Of a stretch of 64,000 bases of DNA, positions 40,472-49,202 are shown piece after piece. The notes under the pieces are model-generated. The model saw only the letters and a program-made list of their open reading frames with translations. It was not told the origin of the DNA and made no database searches. The translations under genes were made by a program, and so were the position numbers. Positions within the stretch are counted from its first letter, which is position 1. Each line of letters begins with the position of its first letter. The stretch spans positions 91,374 to 155,373 of the forward strand of contig JALHDC010000002.1 in assembly GCA_022840695.1 (NCBI GenBank), given 5' to 3'. This stretch comes from a bacterium. GTDB taxonomy: Bacteria > Patescibacteriota > Dojkabacteria > SC72.

Positions 40472-41353
40472 CTAGTACAAATCCAGAAATCCAAACACTG
40501 CCATAAGGTTATTCTCTCTAATCACCTTCATTGCAGCTTCTAATTCTCCTGCAGCAACAGGTAAAGATTCATCTGTAACAGCATTACCATTAACATCACT
40601 ATCTACAGAATATGTAATCTTGACCTTCTCCTCAACCTCAACAGAATTTCCAGCCTTATCTATAACCTCCATCTCAAATACATTTGGTCCTTCATCCAAA
40701 AGAATACCTGTGATTAAGAATTTACCCTCCTCATCACAAACTGCACTATACTTATCTACACCCCTCCTCACTACAACCTCAGCTTCTGGTTCAACATTAC
40801 CCGTCAATGTAAATGTCTCAGTTCCCACCTCTTCTGGATATTTAACCTCACCCAACACAGGATCCGTCCTATCAACCTCAACTATCCTCATATCAGATTG
40901 AGCAGATACATATCTCTTTGGGAAACCCTTAACTCCAGCCACAGACACAGCATATTTACCTTCTAACTCTGCTCTGTATGAATATTCAAAAGTTGTATCT
41001 TTCTCAACCTTCACTCTTGCAACCTCCTCATTATCTACAAATACAAAAACCTGATCATATCCATCAGCCAATCCTCTAACTAATATATTCTCTTCATTTG
41101 TTAAAACCTCAGTACCTGAAAGAGATGGGGATTCTAATGTATCATCCAACTCCGGATTCCTACTAAACTTAACAAATGAATATATTCCGTAAGAAATCAA
41201 AAGAATACCAAGAAATATAAATATACTTCCAACAATCCTAGAAACCCTTTCCTGATCCTCAGGACTCTTAATTTCAACCTTAGAAACCATACTCTCTTCT
41301 CTTCTTAATTCCTTACTAACTTTTTGGGTAGATTTAGATTTTTTCTTTGCCAC
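40472..41353 (-). CDS. membrane-anchored surface protein with Ig-like beta domains
   Basis: 293 aa. Lys-rich N-terminus, one TM, beta-rich acidic ectodomain. Confidence 0.5.
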   Translation of the reverse strand: MAKKKSKSTQKVSKELRREESMVSKVEIKSPEDQERVSRIVGSIFIFLGILLISYGIYSFVKFSRNPELDDTLESPSLSGTEVLTNEENILVRGLADGYDQVFVFVDNEEVARVKVEKDTTFEYSYRAELEGKYAVSVAGVKGFPKRYVSAQSDMRIVEVDRTDPVLGEVKYPEEVGTETFTLTGNVEPEAEVVVRRGVDKYSAVCDEEGKFLITGILLDEGPNVFEMEVIDKAGNSVEVEEKVKITYSVDSDVNGNAVTDESLPVAAGELEAAMKVIRENNLMAVFGFLDLY

Positions 41354-41453
41354 GCTAAACCTATATTAAAATTTATATACCTCTACTTTTAGAATAATAT
41401 AATTATTTAAATAATGCAACAGTATCAGAAAAATAGTAGAATAGAGAGAAGAT

Positions 41454-42140
41454 ATGAACAAAGCAAAAAAGATTACATTGACATTCTTAGTAATACTATT
41501 AATAGTATCCCCCATACTCTTTCTTTTAATATATCCCAACTATAACAACATCAACCTCATTCTAAAATCCTTTGATTTCTACACTCTTTCTAAAGAAACT
41601 TCCATATCAACATTAACCACACTCTCTCCACTAAGAGAAAAATTTGAAGAAAAAGTATTAGGATATACATCCATAGAAGAATCACTTCAGAATACGGAGA
41701 TAGTATTAGACAGAAAGATCTTGGAAGAACTTAACACCACCATACACATAGAGAATATAAATGTAGAAGGAAAAATATATCAGGGGATCTCCTCGCTAAC
41801 AATGGATACCGGATTCTGGCACTTTCCAATTTCAAAATTCCCAGGAGAAAAAGGCAATACTGTAATCATCGGTCACAGATTTATGAACCTCCCACCCTCA
41901 AAAGACACATTTTTTAACCTAGATAAGATAAGTATAGGAGAAAAGATAGAGATAAAACATCACGAAGGAACCTTTACATACATAGTTGTAGAAAAGAAAG
42001 AAGTTGAACCAAACGATGTTTCTGTAATCCAAGATACTGAAGACTACAGAGTAACATTGATAACTTGCACACCACTATGGACATCCGAAAAACGCTTAGT
42101 AGTAATTGCTAAACTAGACAAACTATACAAAAAAGTGTAG
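41454..42140 (+). CDS. sortase family transpeptidase
   Basis: 228 aa. N-terminal TM, His motif IIGHR, active-site TLITCTP. Confidence 0.75.
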   Translation: MNKAKKITLTFLVILLIVSPILFLLIYPNYNNINLILKSFDFYTLSKETSISTLTTLSPLREKFEEKVLGYTSIEESLQNTEIVLDRKILEELNTTIHIENINVEGKIYQGISSLTMDTGFWHFPISKFPGEKGNTVIIGHRFMNLPPSKDTFFNLDKISIGEKIEIKHHEGTFTYIVVEKKEVEPNDVSVIQDTEDYRVTLITCTPLWTSEKRLVVIAKLDKLYKKV

Positions 42141-42177
42141 ACTTTGACCGCTATTTAAATATTTAAAAACATTTTCC

Positions 42178-43206
42178 ATGACAGATTTCTACACAAGAAA
42201 AGATATAAGCAAAGATACTGTTCAATTTACAGTAACGGTTCCAAAAGAGGAATTCCAAAAGGAATATACAGCACTATTAAAAAAAGAGCTGGAAAATACA
42301 GACATAAAAGGATTTAGAAAAGGTAAAGTTCCTTCTGATTTTGTCGAACCACACATAGGAAATACATTAAAAATACAGGCATTTGAAAAACTAGTCCCTA
42401 TGTTAATTACCACAGCACTACAAAAAGAGAACCTAGAACCAATTGCACCACCTGAATATAAAGAATTTCCAGATTTCAAAAAAGAGAAAGATCTAACATT
42501 CAGTATGGATATAACCATCATGCCTGAATTTAAACTTGGAAACTTGAAAAAAATTAAAATTGAGAAAGAAGATGCAAAGGTAGAGAAAAAAGAAATAGAT
42601 GAAGCACTAGAAAACCTTAAAGAGAATCAGGAAACAAAAGAAAAGGAGATAAATGAGAAGTGGGCAAAGGAGATAATTAAACTTCTTAAATTAGAAAAAG
42701 AAGTAAAAGATCTTAAAGAACTTAGGAAATACATAGAAGATGCTATGCAGAAACAGAAAGAACATATGATCAAACACCAAAATGAAGACAAAGCCATACT
42801 TGAAGGAATAAAAATATCGAAGATTGAAATACCACAACCAGCTATCAAGTTTGAAGCAGAGGAAAGAGAAAGAGCTTTTGTAAACGATATGCAACAGAAA
42901 GGAATAAATATAGATGATTTTCTTAAAGCAAATAATATTACACTAGAAAAAATGAGAGAGCTCTGGTTAAAAGATGCAGAGCAGGCACTTCAAACAGATG
43001 TATTTCTAAAAATGTATATCAAAGATAAAGATATAAAGGTAACAGACGAAGATCTAAAAGAGAAAATAAATAACATAAGGAATGGAGCTCCAAAAGATAC
43101 AGATAAAGCTATATTTGAGAATGAACAATGGAAAGAGTATATAAGAAGAATCGAAGAAAAAGAGAAAGCTTTCCAATCATTTATAAAGGAAGTATTAGGT
43201 GAATAA
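42178..43206 (+). CDS. tig: trigger factor lacking the central FKBP PPIase domain
   Basis: 342 aa. Ribosome-binding signature GFRKGKVP, then C-terminal helical arm. No FKBP segment. Confidence 0.75.
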   Translation: MTDFYTRKDISKDTVQFTVTVPKEEFQKEYTALLKKELENTDIKGFRKGKVPSDFVEPHIGNTLKIQAFEKLVPMLITTALQKENLEPIAPPEYKEFPDFKKEKDLTFSMDITIMPEFKLGNLKKIKIEKEDAKVEKKEIDEALENLKENQETKEKEINEKWAKEIIKLLKLEKEVKDLKELRKYIEDAMQKQKEHMIKHQNEDKAILEGIKISKIEIPQPAIKFEAEERERAFVNDMQQKGINIDDFLKANNITLEKMRELWLKDAEQALQTDVFLKMYIKDKDIKVTDEDLKEKINNIRNGAPKDTDKAIFENEQWKEYIRRIEEKEKAFQSFIKEVLGE

Positions 43207-43225
43207 ATTGTAATATATAAATATT

Positions 43226-43807
43226 ATGAATTTAATACCAACAGTAATAGAAAAGGAAAGGGGAGGGGAGAGAGCATACGATATATACTCAAGACTACTC
43301 AAGGATAGGATCATATTTGTAAGTGGTACCATAGAAACAAATATGGCAAATACAATAATCGCCCAATTACTATTCCTCGAGAAAGAGAATCCTGATGAAG
43401 ATATTCAGATGTTCATAAATTCATACGGTGGACAAGTTACAGCAGGAATGGCGATACTAGATACAATGAATTACATCAAATGTGATATATCTACAACAGC
43501 AATAGGTATAGCAGCATCTATGGGTACAGTACTCTTAACAAATGGAACAAAAGGAAAGAGATTTGCACTACCAAATAGCAAAATACATATACATCAACCA
43601 CTAGGTGGAGTAGAGGGACAAGCAAGTGATATAGCTATAGAAGCAAAAGAGATTATTAAAACAAGAGAGGTACTTTACAAAATACTTTCAGAAAAAACGG
43701 GAAGAAGTATTAAACAGATAGAAAAGGATGCCGATAGGGATAAATATTTTACAGCTAAGGAAGCTAAGGAGTATGGGTTAATAGATAGAGTCATTAGGAA
43801 GAGATAA
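43226..43807 (+). CDS. clpP: ATP-dependent Clp protease proteolytic subunit ClpP
   Basis: 193 aa. Ser motif [10 protein letters not shown] and His motif HIHQPLGG. Confidence 0.9.
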   Translation: MNLIPTVIEKERGGERAYDIYSRLLKDRIIFVSGTIETNMANTIIAQLLFLEKENPDEDIQMFINSYGGQVTAGMAILDTMNYIKCDISTTAIGIAASMGTVLLTNGTKGKRFALPNSKIHIHQPLGGVEGQASDIAIEAKEIIKTREVLYKILSEKTGRSIKQIEKDADRDKYFTAKEAKEYGLIDRVIRKR

Positions 43808-43921
43808 ACCAATACGTTTGGATTGTACAAAAACTAGTAGTACGAAAATAACTATATAGAAAATATTAACGAAATTTAATATACTATAAACACTACCCCA
43901 ATAATTTAATACCTTTTAAAA

Positions 43922-44428
43922 ATGACAAAAAGATTTCTTGATGATCCTACAGGTATAGAAGATAACTCAAAACAGGAAGCATTAGATAAAATACGATTTA
44001 ATATAGAAAATATGCTAACGGGAGGAGATCAATTCACGGTCGTAGATGAGATTGTATACAACATAAACTTAAAAGATATAAATGAGTATATAAAATTTTT
44101 GAAAGCAGATAAGACCCTACCTACAAAGCTAACAAGAATTAGATCATATGATGTAGATAATCTAGATCTTTTTGAGCAATTATGTGACTATACATCTGTA
44201 AACAATTCTGAAACTCCAAGAATATGGAATCAAAAAGTATATTTCATTGAATCAGGGGATTTTGCATTAACATTCATACCGATAGCTTTGGAAGACAAAA
44301 AGAGTGTAAACATATATATGGAACCTCTAGAAGAATCACCTGATTTCATTACAGAACTTTGGGCAAAGCTTAACGAAGAGAAAAAATTAGAGGATATTGA
44401 TTTTGTAGATTACAAAGATTTACTATAA
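43922..44428 (+). CDS. hypothetical protein
   Basis: 168 aa acidic ORF, no recognised motif. Confidence 0.4.
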   Translation: MTKRFLDDPTGIEDNSKQEALDKIRFNIENMLTGGDQFTVVDEIVYNINLKDINEYIKFLKADKTLPTKLTRIRSYDVDNLDLFEQLCDYTSVNNSETPRIWNQKVYFIESGDFALTFIPIALEDKKSVNIYMEPLEESPDFITELWAKLNEEKKLEDIDFVDYKDLL

Positions 44429-44854
44429 GAAATTCACGAGATTGTTCTTAACAAAATCTTCTATCTTCCCCCTTACTTCTTCCATATCCTTAACATTACT
44501 TCCTGCTGTATATACAGTGATATCAAATAACTCTTCCTCATTACAATCTAACCAATACCCATTCTTAGCTAAATATATTAATAATGCAAATATACCCATT
44601 CTTTTATTGCCATCCTCAAATGGATGATTCTTTATACATAGGTAATATAACATTGAAGCCTTAGACACAAGAGTAGGGTATAGATCATTACCTGATATTT
44701 GTTGAAATGGTTGTGTTATTGAACTATCTAACTTACCACTATTCCTAACCTCATACTCAGAACTACTACCATCATTCTCTCTCATATACTCAGTAAATAA
44801 CTGAGCAATATATTCTAATTCTTCCTTACTTACTCTCTTATCCATACTATGCAT
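44423..44854 (-). CDS. doc: Doc (death-on-curing) Fic-family toxin
   Basis: 143 aa with Doc-type Fic motif HPFEDGNKRMG. Confidence 0.8.
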   Translation of the reverse strand: MHSMDKRVSKEELEYIAQLFTEYMRENDGSSSEYEVRNSGKLDSSITQPFQQISGNDLYPTLVSKASMLYYLCIKNHPFEDGNKRMGIFALLIYLAKNGYWLDCNEEELFDITVYTAGSNVKDMEEVRGKIEDFVKNNLVNFL

Positions 44855-44972
44855 TTTGTAATTTAATTATTGTTTTACTATATTTATCCATGGTTCTATT
44901 AAATACCTTTTTTAGGAATTCTTTTTGTTCATTTGTAAGTTGTTTGTTTTCCATATATCTATGATTATACAT
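44847..44972 (-). CDS. unannotated 41-aa ORF overlapping the doc start (ATGCATAG), candidate Phd-like antitoxin
   Basis: Hand translation gives MYNHRYMENKQLTNEQKEFLKKVFNRTMDKYSKTIIKLQNA. Upstream of and overlapping doc, as in phd-doc modules. Confidence 0.4.
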   Translation of the reverse strand: MYNHRYMENKQLTNEQKEFLKKVFNRTMDKYSKTIIKLQNA

Positions 44973-44975
44973 ATG

Positions 44976-45004
44976 TTGAAAAAGAATGTTAAAGAAAATA
45001 TAAT
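44976..45004 (+). promoter_or_regulatory. sigma70-like promoter for tRNA-Val (TTGAAA-17 bp-TATAAT)
   Basis: Near-consensus hexamers with 17-bp spacer, about 15 bp upstream of tRNA 5' end. Confidence 0.55.
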
Positions 45005-45018
45005 CCATAGTATGTAAT

Positions 45019-45092
45019 GGGCGATTAGCTCAGCTGGTTAGAGCGTCACATTGACATTGTGAAGGTCACAGGTTCGAGTCCCGTATCGCCCA
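45019..45092 (+). tRNA. tRNA-Val (anticodon GAC), CCA not encoded
   Basis: Cloverleaf folded by hand: acceptor GGGCGAT/ATCGCCC, D-arm GCTC/GAGC, anticodon stem TCACA/TGTGA with loop TTGACAT, T-loop TTCGAGT. One A:C mismatch in the T-stem. Confidence 0.8.
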
Positions 45093-45136
45093 TTTTTGTT
45101 TTTCATGATTATAGGCAGAGAAAGAGATATAGGTTG

Positions 45137-45174
45137 TTTAGTTTTTAAGTTCGAGTCCTTCAGGGCCCACCATT
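45137..45174 (+). repeat. tRNA-3'-end-like repeat copy 1 (TTTAGTTTTTAAGTTCGAGTCCTTCAGGGCCCACCATT): T-loop + acceptor 3' strand + CCA, no 5' half
   Basis: Shares GTTCGAGTCC with tRNA-Val T-arm. Ends in GCCCACCA. Homologous to copy at 45734-45774. Confidence 0.6.
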
Positions 45175-45208
45175 CCCATAAAGCATACAGATAAAGTATA
45201 ATTATCTT

Positions 45209-45727
45209 ATGGATAAATATTATCTAGGCAACTTACAAGAGCTAGAAGAATTCTGTAATTTATACTTCCCTCTCATAACTAATTATTCAAGGTCTATATT
45301 GGGAGTAGATTTATCAAATAATACTTTTGAAGGTGATCACTTAGGCATTCAGACATCATCTCATGAAGAGTATACCCATTACTACAATCTCCTATCTTCA
45401 TACATGTCACACAACTTTACAAACGATTTACATGGTAGAAAAGTGTCAATATTTTCCTTTAGAGATGAATTTGTTTCCAATGATATTTCTTTAAAAGGTG
45501 TAGAGATATTTGAGCCTAAACCTAATGTAGATAATGGGAAAATTAAACTAGGTATAGAGCACATATCAATAATAGCCAAAGAGTATGATAAAACTTTTGA
45601 GAATATCTCAAGGGCATTTATTAATAAATCTGCTGAGTATCCTGAGGGTAGATTTTTTAAAACAAAGTTTACAAATCTCGTTGAAATAGAATTTAGAGAT
45701 AGAAGTTTAATTAAGAAAGATACTTAG
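45209..45727 (+). CDS. hypothetical protein (possibly VOC/glyoxalase-like fold)
   Basis: 172 aa, flanked on both sides by the 45-bp repeat. Fold assignment weak. Confidence 0.45.
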   Translation: MDKYYLGNLQELEEFCNLYFPLITNYSRSILGVDLSNNTFEGDHLGIQTSSHEEYTHYYNLLSSYMSHNFTNDLHGRKVSIFSFRDEFVSNDISLKGVEIFEPKPNVDNGKIKLGIEHISIIAKEYDKTFENISRAFINKSAEYPEGRFFKTKFTNLVEIEFRDRSLIKKDT

Positions 45728-45733
45728 AGAAGC

Positions 45734-45774
45734 TTTAGTTTTAAGTTCAAAGCCATCCAACACCTCCCACCATT
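45734..45774 (+). repeat. repeat copy 2 (TTTAGTTTTAAGTTCAAAGCCATCCAACACCTCCCACCATT), degenerate homolog of 45137-45174
   Basis: Aligns with copy 1 over TTTAGTTTT(T)AAGTTC and CCCACCATT. Confidence 0.55.
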
Positions 45775-46222
45775 AGAAAACTTTTTCCATCTCTATGTGT
45801 AGAACTATACCATCCTCATTAGGTATTTCTTTTAGATCCTTATAACCTAAGTGTTTGTAAAAACCATGTGCTACTAAACTAGACCACAACCAAATTCTTT
45901 TATAACCATTATCTTTAATACATTTCTCAGCTACTTCTGCTAATTCCCTACCTAAGCCTTTGCCCATTTGTGAAGGTAGTACATAAAGAGATCTCATCTT
46001 GTCCTCCTTTGCTAATACACAACCCACTATCTCTCCATCGTCTTCTACTACAAAATAATCGTCATTTGTAATATATTTGGTGAGTTTCTCATTGGTATAG
46101 TTATTAAAGGTCTCTTGTATATCATCTTCAGGGTATAAATCTTTATGTGTAGCTAGAATAGATTCTCTTATAACCTTCTGGATTGAGTCTATGTCATCTA
46201 TTCTTGCCTTTCTGATAATCAT
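45773..46222 (-). CDS. GNAT family N-acetyltransferase
   Basis: 149 aa with acetyl-CoA motif A region QMGKGLGRELAE. Confidence 0.75.
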   Translation of the reverse strand: MIIRKARIDDIDSIQKVIRESILATHKDLYPEDDIQETFNNYTNEKLTKYITNDDYFVVEDDGEIVGCVLAKEDKMRSLYVLPSQMGKGLGRELAEVAEKCIKDNGYKRIWLWSSLVAHGFYKHLGYKDLKEIPNEDGIVLHIEMEKVF

Positions 46223-46257
46223 AATATTAACATTTTATTTTAATATAGGAATTATAT

Positions 46258-46268
46258 CACCCACCATT
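46258..46268 (+). repeat. CCCACCATT motif copy 3 (ATCACCCACCATTAC), 23 nt upstream of the ORF at 46292
   Basis: Same 9-mer as copies 1, 2 and 4. Preceded by GAATTATATCAC, the extended -10 TGATATAAT for the divergent GNAT gene. Confidence 0.5.
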
Positions 46269-46291
46269 ACTATTTCCTGATATACTTAACC

Positions 46292-46876
46292 ATGAACTAT
46301 ACATTAGTAGTTATCCCAACTGAAAGAGATTTAAAATTTCTTAACAATCTAAGAAATTATATATACCAAAATGACTTTAGATTTAAAAACAAACCACTAG
46401 ATTCAGACACTCACATAACCATTGCGAACATCGAAATGGATGAAGACAAGATAGCCGAATTAAAGGAAACCCTACAAGCCAATATACACAAATTAAAACC
46501 ATTCACAATCAAGAAAGAAGAATATATATTAACAAAAGAAGACAAGGAACCTAATTACAAATTCGATAATCCATATACTTGGATAGCATTAAAATTTCCA
46601 CAAAGAAAAGATATATACCAAGAGTTAGACAGAATAACTAAGGAACTAGGAATTAATAATAATGAAGAATATATTAATAATGTAAGAAGGATAGAAAGGG
46701 ATATAGAAGAAAAAGATTATATTGCAAATCATATTAATTTAAGTAATTACACTAGAAGAGATAGAGCAAATGATTGTTGGAATTATTTTAATGATAATTT
46801 ACCTAAAGAAATATTATTTAATAAGATTGGATTAAGAGATGAGAAGGGGAAGATTATTTTCATAATAAAAATATAG
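46292..46876 (+). CDS. hypothetical protein with a single 2H-phosphoesterase-like H-x-T-x motif
   Basis: 194 aa. DSDTHITIANIE present; second HxT/S motif not found. Confidence 0.4.
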   Translation: MNYTLVVIPTERDLKFLNNLRNYIYQNDFRFKNKPLDSDTHITIANIEMDEDKIAELKETLQANIHKLKPFTIKKEEYILTKEDKEPNYKFDNPYTWIALKFPQRKDIYQELDRITKELGINNNEEYINNVRRIERDIEEKDYIANHINLSNYTRRDRANDCWNYFNDNLPKEILFNKIGLRDEKGKIIFIIKI

Positions 46877-46924
46877 GAAGACTGTAATTCTATAAAAAAG
46901 TTCATGCACTTACTATCCCCATCC

Positions 46925-47767
46925 CTACACCCTAGTCCTATTTACCTTCTCCCTCCCTTTATGTTGTTCTATATGCTTAATATAATATCCCTCAACTCTC
47001 TTTCTATAATCCACACCATTACTCTTAAAATATTGGAATATATCTAAATAATACCCAGAAGGAATATCAGAGGGTACACAATAACCATTCCTTTTCAACT
47101 GATCCCTTATGTATCTCAATTGATTAAATGTAAAAAGCTTTTTAAATGTATCTAACACATTCCCATTCATCTGATTAAAAATATATGTAATAAAATCCCT
47201 ATATAATTTAAATTCTTCCTCAGCATTATTCTTCTTCATAATCCTAAGTAAAACAATATCTACATTGGGTACAGGATTAAAATCCTCCCTATTAAAACTT
47301 TCAACCATACTAAGATTATATACAGAGGAAACTATTGCACCTATTTGAGTATTCTTTGGTATACCCATATATCTTTCAGCAGATTCTTTTTGAACAAATA
47401 TATATGCTTCAATTAGTTTTGATTCTATATCTGTAATTTTGTTAATAATATCTGAAGTTAAGGAAAATGGTATATTTGCAAACACTTTGTATCCATTATT
47501 GGGTAAGTCAGAGGTAAGGAAGTCTTCATTTTTTAAAACAACGTTAGGATTATCTTTAAAAAGTTCTTCCAATATACCAAAATATCTTGAATCTAATTCG
47601 TATGCTATTACGTTATTACAATGTTTTACTAATTCTTTTGTTATTGCTCCTGTACCAGCCCCTATATCAATTACAGTATCGTTATTAGAGATATTAATAG
47701 AAGTTATTATTCTTTCTAAATTTTTTTTATTTTTATATAAGTTTTGGGAATATTTAATATCTACCAT
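46925..47767 (-). CDS. Erm/KsgA-family rRNA adenine N6-methyltransferase (Erm-like)
   Basis: 280 aa. SAM motif IDIGAGTGAITKEL and YKVFANIPFSLTSDIINKI, close to the Erm YKIFGNIPYNISTDII pattern. Confidence 0.7.
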   Translation of the reverse strand: MVDIKYSQNLYKNKKNLERIITSINISNNDTVIDIGAGTGAITKELVKHCNNVIAYELDSRYFGILEELFKDNPNVVLKNEDFLTSDLPNNGYKVFANIPFSLTSDIINKITDIESKLIEAYIFVQKESAERYMGIPKNTQIGAIVSSVYNLSMVESFNREDFNPVPNVDIVLLRIMKKNNAEEEFKLYRDFITYIFNQMNGNVLDTFKKLFTFNQLRYIRDQLKRNGYCVPSDIPSGYYLDIFQYFKSNGVDYRKRVEGYYIKHIEQHKGREKVNRTRV

Positions 47768-47825
47768 ATGAGAATTATATCACTAGAATTAATTAGACAG
47801 GACTCTTAGGTTCTATACTTTTTAA

Positions 47826-47839
47826 TATCGCCCACCATT
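47826..47839 (+). repeat. CCCACCATT motif copy 4 (ATATCGCCCACCATTT): matches tRNA-Val acceptor 3' end TATCGCCCA plus CCA
   Basis: 9/9 identity to the tRNA-Val 3' end at 45084-45092, followed by CCA. Sits 26 nt upstream of GNAT gene 47866. Confidence 0.55.
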
Positions 47840-47865
47840 TATATTCTCTGCTATAATAATACCCT

Positions 47866-48330
47866 ATGATCCCCAACCTTACCTACAAACTAAATGATAT
47901 CTCAAACATAGATAACCCTCTAATACTCTCTATTAAAATATTCAATCCCTCTAAAGAAAAAACTTTAAAATACCATAACAAAGAAGATTGGTTAAACAAG
48001 ATTAAAGATAAAGGGATATTAATATCAGTATATGATGATGATAAGTGTATAGCCTTTGCAATCTGTTACAAAACTAATAGTGATACATTACATATATGGA
48101 ATGTAGGTGTTCTAGATGAATATAGAGGACTAGGTATATGGAGAGAAACATATAACAGAATAATTGATTATGCTATTAAACAAGGTTTTAAGAAAATAAC
48201 ATTAAATACATATAAGGATAAATTCCCTAATATGTATGCATTTGTAAAGAAAGAAAGTTTTGATTTAATAAAAGAAGAATTTAACAAAGATGGGGAAATG
48301 AAGTCTTGTTTTGTTAAAAGGGTTAGATAG
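47866..48330 (+). CDS. GNAT family N-acetyltransferase
   Basis: 154 aa with motif VLDEYRGLGIWRE. Confidence 0.7.
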   Translation: MIPNLTYKLNDISNIDNPLILSIKIFNPSKEKTLKYHNKEDWLNKIKDKGILISVYDDDKCIAFAICYKTNSDTLHIWNVGVLDEYRGLGIWRETYNRIIDYAIKQGFKKITLNTYKDKFPNMYAFVKKESFDLIKEEFNKDGEMKSCFVKRVR

Positions 48331-48557
48331 GATACTCTGATATACCTAAATGATGATAAAAATATCACTCAGGATAATTGGTATCCAGTATAGGGATAAA
48401 AGAGATAAGGTTCTGGAAGAACTAAAGAAGATAGGGGAGTATTATTTAAAGAGGAATTTGAGTTTGTAATATTTAATATCTCTAGCCATTTTCTCAAAAA
48501 CATATAACTTCGAATTTTTTAAATTCCTTCCTCTCAAAACACCTGGGAAAAGTCTCT

Positions 48558-49097
48558 CTATTTATTAAAATATTTACTTAATATAAATTTCTTTCTCCAT
48601 TCTCTAGTAGGAATAGGATATGCCCCTAATTTATCTTCAGAAAGCTTATCATAAAAATCATTCCAAAAATTACAAGTTGGATATGCACATCCTTTTCCTG
48701 ACCTATTCCTTATTACACTATCCTGAGGTTTACCATTGTATGTATAGTTAATCATGTTTTTAGGATCCCTAGAAAAGGAATTTAAAGATGTAGTCACTGC
48801 CTTAAAAATACATTCATTACCATTCTCATCCTCAAAAGAATGGATTATAAATAAATTATCCTTCTTAGGATTGTATGTATTCTGTACTTCGGGAATAATG
48901 AAATTCTTCTTGTTAAGAACCTGTTCCCATAATCGAACATGTTCCGAATCACATGTAATAGAATTAATGTAACACTCTTTAGAGGCAGAGGATATAACAG
49001 GCCATCCAGCCTCTTCCCAATCAGATTCCGTAAGAGATTGAAGTAATGGTTCTATTTCAACAACTTCATTTTCTCTCACAGTATCCTGAAATTCCAT
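48558..49097 (-). CDS. hypothetical protein
   Basis: 179 aa, Cys- and Trp-containing, no recognised motif. Confidence 0.4.
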   Translation of the reverse strand: MEFQDTVRENEVVEIEPLLQSLTESDWEEAGWPVISSASKECYINSITCDSEHVRLWEQVLNKKNFIIPEVQNTYNPKKDNLFIIHSFEDENGNECIFKAVTTSLNSFSRDPKNMINYTYNGKPQDSVIRNRSGKGCAYPTCNFWNDFYDKLSEDKLGAYPIPTREWRKKFILSKYFNK

Positions 49098-49202
49098 AGA
49101 AAATTATACCATTAAATATATATATTTTAGTTAAATCTATTTCACTAGTATGTATTACAAACACCTGCTATATTCAGTTAATAATATATTAAATATATAC
49201 AT

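Noticed and set aside
45137-45174. Possible second tRNA gene downstream of tRNA-Val
   Set aside because: Only a T-loop, 3' acceptor strand and CCA are present. No complementary 5' acceptor strand, D-arm or anticodon arm can be found upstream. It is interpreted as an att-like tRNA 3'-end remnant.
48350-48469. 40-aa sORF (MMIKISLRIIGIQYRDKRDKVLEELKKIGEYYLKRNLSL) in the 227-bp gap after the second GNAT gene
   Set aside because: There is no recognisable ribosome-binding site, motif or conservation evidence. It may be a gene remnant or chance ORF. Kept only as a note.
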